A DNA stretch of 64,000 nucleotides, taken from Nitrospirota bacterium. Its GTDB lineage: Bacteria; Nitrospirota; UBA9217. This document shows positions 60,491-64,000 of this stretch, one piece after another. Position numbers and translations under genes: made by a program. The DNA is taken from NCBI GenBank assembly GCA_963737155.1, contig CAVTRN010000001.1, forward strand, positions 64,001-128,000, read 5' to 3'. The stretch's first letter is position 1; the number at the start of each line of letters is the position of its first letter. The notes under the pieces are model-generated. The model was not told the DNA's origin. It ran no database searches and worked only from the letters and a program-made list of their open reading frames with translations.

Positions 60491-60949
60491 TTATTCCTCG
60501 TCTTTCAGCTGATCTTTCAGTGCCCGATCAAAAGTGATAATCCTGCCGCCGTGCTTCTTTTGAAAGGTCGCGGCCAGCGTTTTGGAGGAAAATGCAACCC
60601 TGCTGGTGTAGCTCATCACGCCGGGAATATCGCTCCCTTCGAGAAAGTATGCCTTGTCTGCATCGAGCAATTTCCCGGTCAGAAAATCAGCCACTTTTAC
60701 TCCTTTGATTCTGCCCTCGTTCTGATTGATGAGCCTGGCCGCGCAGGCCAGGCTGCAAGTCGATTTTGTCGTATCGTCATTGAAGAGAATTACAAGGCGA
60801 GTTTTTCCATACAGGTCCAGATACATGCCGCAGACGGCACAACTCTCCCTTTCAGTCGCGTGCGCACTGGCATAGATTCCGGTTACAAAAAAAGCTGTAA
60901 TAATCAGGGATGCTGTCTTTCGGATGATAGCGTTCAAATGTTTTCCCAC
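60491..60949 (-). CDS. NosL-like periplasmic metal-binding protein (copy 3)
   Basis: Signal peptide, CAVCGM, CSLAC, DADKAYFLEGSD..GVM, AF..A..FQKKHGG. Confidence 0.82.
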   Translation of the reverse strand: MGKHLNAIIRKTASLIITAFFVTGIYASAHATERESCAVCGMYLDLYGKTRLVILFNDDTTKSTCSLACAARLINQNEGRIKGVKVADFLTGKLLDADKAYFLEGSDIPGVMSYTSRVAFSSKTLAATFQKKHGGRIITFDRALKDQLKDEE

Positions 60950-60970
60950 ACGCTCCTGGTACCCATATTT

Positions 60971-61438
60971 CTACATCGTCCCCATTGGTTGCTCCATGCC
61001 TTCCGGATCCTTTGCCCTTCTCTTGAGTGCGGCCTCATAACTAAAGATTGTTCCACCAAAACCCTTCTTGAACATCTCGGCCTGTTTCTTCGACTTGAAA
61101 GCGATCCAGCTCGGAGCACAGGAAGGCACTGCCTTGCTCTTGTACAGATACACCGCCTTCTCAGCGCCCATCCACTCTCCGGTTATGAAGTCCCTTGTTT
61201 TCGCCGACTGAACCTTGCCCATATCAGTAGCCAGGACCCAGAGCCCGCAGTGCGCGCAACAATAGTGGACCTCCTCTCCCGTCTTCATGGTAACGACAAA
61301 TGCGGTATTCTGATGCTCGGAAATCGACATCCCGCAGGTCGGGCATTTATCCTGCGCTGTCTGCGCTGTCACTGCTACTGCGGAAACAAGGACGAGCAAC
61401 ACTGCGAGTGCAAGCACAACTGTTTTAACGTTTTTCAT
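60971..61438 (-). CDS. NosL-like periplasmic metal-binding protein (copy 2)
   Basis: CPTCGM, CCAHC, AEKAVY, AFKSKKQAEMFKKGFGG; RBS AAGGAGG. Confidence 0.82.
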   Translation of the reverse strand: MKNVKTVVLALAVLLVLVSAVAVTAQTAQDKCPTCGMSISEHQNTAFVVTMKTGEEVHYCCAHCGLWVLATDMGKVQSAKTRDFITGEWMGAEKAVYLYKSKAVPSCAPSWIAFKSKKQAEMFKKGFGGTIFSYEAALKRRAKDPEGMEQPMGTM

Positions 61439-61507
61439 GAACCCTCCTTTTAGATTAAGACAGCATCCCTGACTGACTAAGCATATCACAATTTCAGCAA
61501 AAGCGTT

Positions 61508-61975
61508 TTAACGGGCTTCTTTGGCCAGATCTTCCCGCGCAGCAGCAAGGGCTTCGTCCCAGGAAACGATTTTTCCGCCATAAGATGCAATAAATTTGTC
61601 GGCGGCATTCTTTGATGCGAAGGCCCACTTGGCGCGTATTGTCATCACGCCGGCTTTTTTACCGCCCAAAACCCAGACCGCCTTTTCAGTGTCGATGAGC
61701 GTACGAGTATTGCGGTCGGCAACGAGAAGAGCCTTCACTTTGCGTCCTTGATGCGCATTAATTTCGATGAGTGCGCAGTGGAGGCTGCAGACCCCGACCT
61801 CCGACCCATCCTCGTACTGGATCAGCATTCTGCTGAATCCATAGGCTTTTCTGTCCATGCCGCAGTTGGCACAATTGCGGTTAACCTCGATGTCGGACTG
61901 GGCCAATACGGACATTCCGGTAATACCAAACAGGATCACGATAAGGAGGGTTGATGCAGCATGTTTTAGCTTCAT
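61508..61975 (-). CDS. NosL-like periplasmic metal-binding protein (copy 1)
   Basis: CANCGMDR, CSLHC, KAVWVLGG..GVM, AF..A..F...YGG. Confidence 0.82.
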   Translation of the reverse strand: MKLKHAASTLLIVILFGITGMSVLAQSDIEVNRNCANCGMDRKAYGFSRMLIQYEDGSEVGVCSLHCALIEINAHQGRKVKALLVADRNTRTLIDTEKAVWVLGGKKAGVMTIRAKWAFASKNAADKFIASYGGKIVSWDEALAAAREDLAKEAR

Positions 61976-62010
61976 TGATCTGAACTCCTTCAGAAATAAA
62001 TTTCATCAGA

Positions 62011-62562
62011 TTACGTCAGGCTTGCAAGTATGGCCTGGAGCCGTGTACCATCATTGTACTCCTCGTTCATCTGTACCACGCCATTCTTATCTATGACAAC
62101 CGTGATTCCCATCGTGGCCTGGTACAGATTCAGAACGGTTTGCTGGGTGTCCGCCAGCACGTCGAATCCCGCTCCGGTATATCCGGCCGCTGTTTCCCAG
62201 GAGAGTGCCTCAGCAACGGATGCGCAGGTGTAGTCTACGACATAAAAACGAACATTTGGAAAGGCGGGAATCACGGTAGAGCGCAGGCTGTCAAGATTGC
62301 CTTCGCATATGGGGCACCACTCCATGGCGAAGTATAAGACAACTCCCTGAGTGGTCGGGATCACGGATGAAAGCGTGATAGTGTTTCCCAAAGTGTCGGA
62401 AAGTGTAAAATTCGGTGCATTCTGACCGACAGCGGGCCCGGTTGTTCCCGCCTGTTCAGTGGGAACTTTGTTTCTGTCTGATGGATCGAGATCGCTCAAG
62501 TTGCCGCATCCGGCAAAGAGCACCAAACTCAGCAGGAACACACACATCTTACCTGAACCCAT
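62011..62562 (-). CDS. Thioredoxin-fold (TlpA/AhpC-like) lipoprotein
   Basis: Lipobox FAGC, GQNAPNFTLSD, WCPIC, VVIDKNGVV. Confidence 0.85.
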   Translation of the reverse strand: MGSGKMCVFLLSLVLFAGCGNLSDLDPSDRNKVPTEQAGTTGPAVGQNAPNFTLSDTLGNTITLSSVIPTTQGVVLYFAMEWCPICEGNLDSLRSTVIPAFPNVRFYVVDYTCASVAEALSWETAAGYTGAGFDVLADTQQTVLNLYQATMGITVVIDKNGVVQMNEEYNDGTRLQAILASLT

Positions 62563-63520
62563 AGCTGACTCCTACTGTATAAATTTCAGTTGCCGGAAAG
62601 TTACTGCCCCACCCATTACGCGGTATGGCATTGCTACACGAAACACGGACGACCCAATCACGGTCGGTGCTGGAATAAGCGATAGTTCCTCCGTACGCAT
62701 CCTTCTGGAAACCGCTTTCAGGCTCACTCCTGCCGTTAATGGTCACATTCTCTTCCCGAAGGGTCGATAGCGAGACGGTCCCTGTCAGTGTGTCTCCCGC
62801 CGTACCGATATAATAAATATACCCCAGGGACGCAGCGGCTAATGTGCGGTCCCCCAGTTTTTCCTCGAATGGCTGCACGTACCTATCATACTCGCGGTCA
62901 ACCGGTCGCTGAAGATAAGTCCCGTACGAGAGAGTAACGGAAGCAGTCCAGGGATGTATTGTCTTCGAGATCAGAACATTTCCGTCAAACCGATAGAAAC
63001 CGCGGCCGGTAATATCATAACTGCTCGTTTTATAGTCATAGGGAGATATCCCCGTCGGGATGAGGACCGACGGGCCAATCGTAACTGAGGGCACCAGGTC
63101 CTTCAAGCCCCGAATTTTCCATGCTGATTTGTCCTCCAGGGCTTCATACCAGAGGTTCATCGTCGTGTCGCCTATATTGCTGTAATAGGCAGAACCATTC
63201 GAATATTGGTTGTTATTCCAGACATAAGGAACGCTTATGCTGGCCTGCCAGTTTTGAGCGAGGCGGTGCGCATAGCCGGCATTCAGGCGGTACTGATATC
63301 CTACCGGTGCATACGTGTATACACCCTGTGGGCTCCAAAAACCTTCGTACTTTTCCGAATCAAAAGAAACATCGATCATGCTTTGATATATCTTCGGCAA
63401 CACCAAGGCCGCACCGCCACCGCCACCGCAGCAGGAACCTGCAAAGGCAGGCATTGACAGTAAACATGCGGCCCCCGTTAAGAGGGCCGCATAAATAACA
63501 GTAGAGATATATTTGTTCAT
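62549..63520 (-). CDS. Putative outer-membrane beta-barrel/transporter-family protein with N-terminal CCGGGGG
   Basis: Signal peptide AFA-GSCCGGGGG, SISVPYVW..IGDT..IPTG, ends VGVSYGFR. Confidence 0.65.
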   Translation of the reverse strand: MNKYISTVIYAALLTGAACLLSMPAFAGSCCGGGGGAALVLPKIYQSMIDVSFDSEKYEGFWSPQGVYTYAPVGYQYRLNAGYAHRLAQNWQASISVPYVWNNNQYSNGSAYYSNIGDTTMNLWYEALEDKSAWKIRGLKDLVPSVTIGPSVLIPTGISPYDYKTSSYDITGRGFYRFDGNVLISKTIHPWTASVTLSYGTYLQRPVDREYDRYVQPFEEKLGDRTLAAASLGYIYYIGTAGDTLTGTVSLSTLREENVTINGRSEPESGFQKDAYGGTIAYSSTDRDWVVRVSCSNAIPRNGWGSNFPATEIYTVGVSYGFR

Positions 63521-63532
63521 TATAAATTGAGA

Positions 63533-64000
63533 TTACATGCCCGGAGTAACCAGGAACGTAGCATACGCATTCGATCCCGATGGAGCGTTGCCATCCGTGG
63601 TTTTGTTCTGGCCGTTGACATTCAATTTGATGTAGATCGTTGCTGTCTGGCCGGAAACGAGTCCGGTCAAGCCTGACAGGGACCAGTGGCCGTTTCCATT
63701 ATCCACACCCGTCACGGAGGGCGAGAAGCTGCTGCTCATCGATGCCTGAAGCGTCGTCGGTTGGCTAACCGTAACCGTTCCAGTAGCGTCGCTGATTACC
63801 GAACCGATGGAAACGGGTACGAAATTCATAAACATGTTTTCACTGTACGAGATGTACAGATTAAGCGTTGGTGTGGCAGCGCTGACCGGTCCGTCATTAA
63901 ACAGGATGTAGTCATTCGTTTGGGTTCCGGACATGGAGGAGACGATATCGTCGGGACCAGACAACGTTGTCCAGATCGTATCGGTACCCATTCCCATGCT
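63533..64000 (-). CDS. Exported Ser/Thr/Met-rich hypothetical protein, 3' part only
   Basis: Open frame continues to the window edge; same strand, 13 bp from the next gene. Confidence 0.65.
   Translation of the reverse strand, partial: SMGMGTDTIWTTLSGPDDIVSSMSGTQTNDYILFNDGPVSAATPTLNLYISYSENMFMNFVPVSIGSVISDATGTVTVSQPTTLQASMSSSFSPSVTGVDNGNGHWSLSGLTGLVSGQTATIYIKLNVNGQNKTTDGNAPSGSNAYATFLVTPGM

Noticed and set aside
60485-61453. 322-aa plus-strand ORF
   Set aside because: Antisense to two well-supported NosL-like genes; no recognisable motifs.

Overview
Bacterial chromosomal window, probably from an anaerobic or microaerophilic Gram-negative organism. A Nitrospirota/Desulfobacterota-like origin is a guess from gene content only. 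From left to right: (1) small lipoprotein genes and an initiator tRNA-Met. (2) A 2.18-kb ISL3 element carrying its own Phd/RelE toxin-antitoxin pair, inserted with an exact 8-bp TSD into a resident ParE-type toxin gene. (3) Two near-identical 144-bp IS200/IS605-type palindromic mini-elements, an AT-rich GT-C glycosyltransferase, an IS3 remnant and a vapBC pair. (4) Four large repeat-rich surface lipoproteins (InlB-B/Ig-like/beta-propeller); one ends in a CaaX-like CIIQ directly upstream of an ICMT-family gene. (5) A D/L-lactate oxidation locus with a PocR-PAS kinase and NarL-type regulator. (6) An exosortase plus partner gene whose upstream substrate gene has collapsed to signal peptide + sorting tail. 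(7) A NarI-like/HdrD-like pair and a Zn-alcohol dehydrogenase. (8) The most notable structure: a 13.7-kb transposase-free element (46782-60460) with multi-repeat TG...CA IS21-type ends and an exact 5-bp TSD, carrying only signal-transduction/chemosensory genes. (9) A cluster with three NosL-like proteins. No CRISPR array or rRNA was seen. All family assignments come from motif recognition by eye, not database searches.
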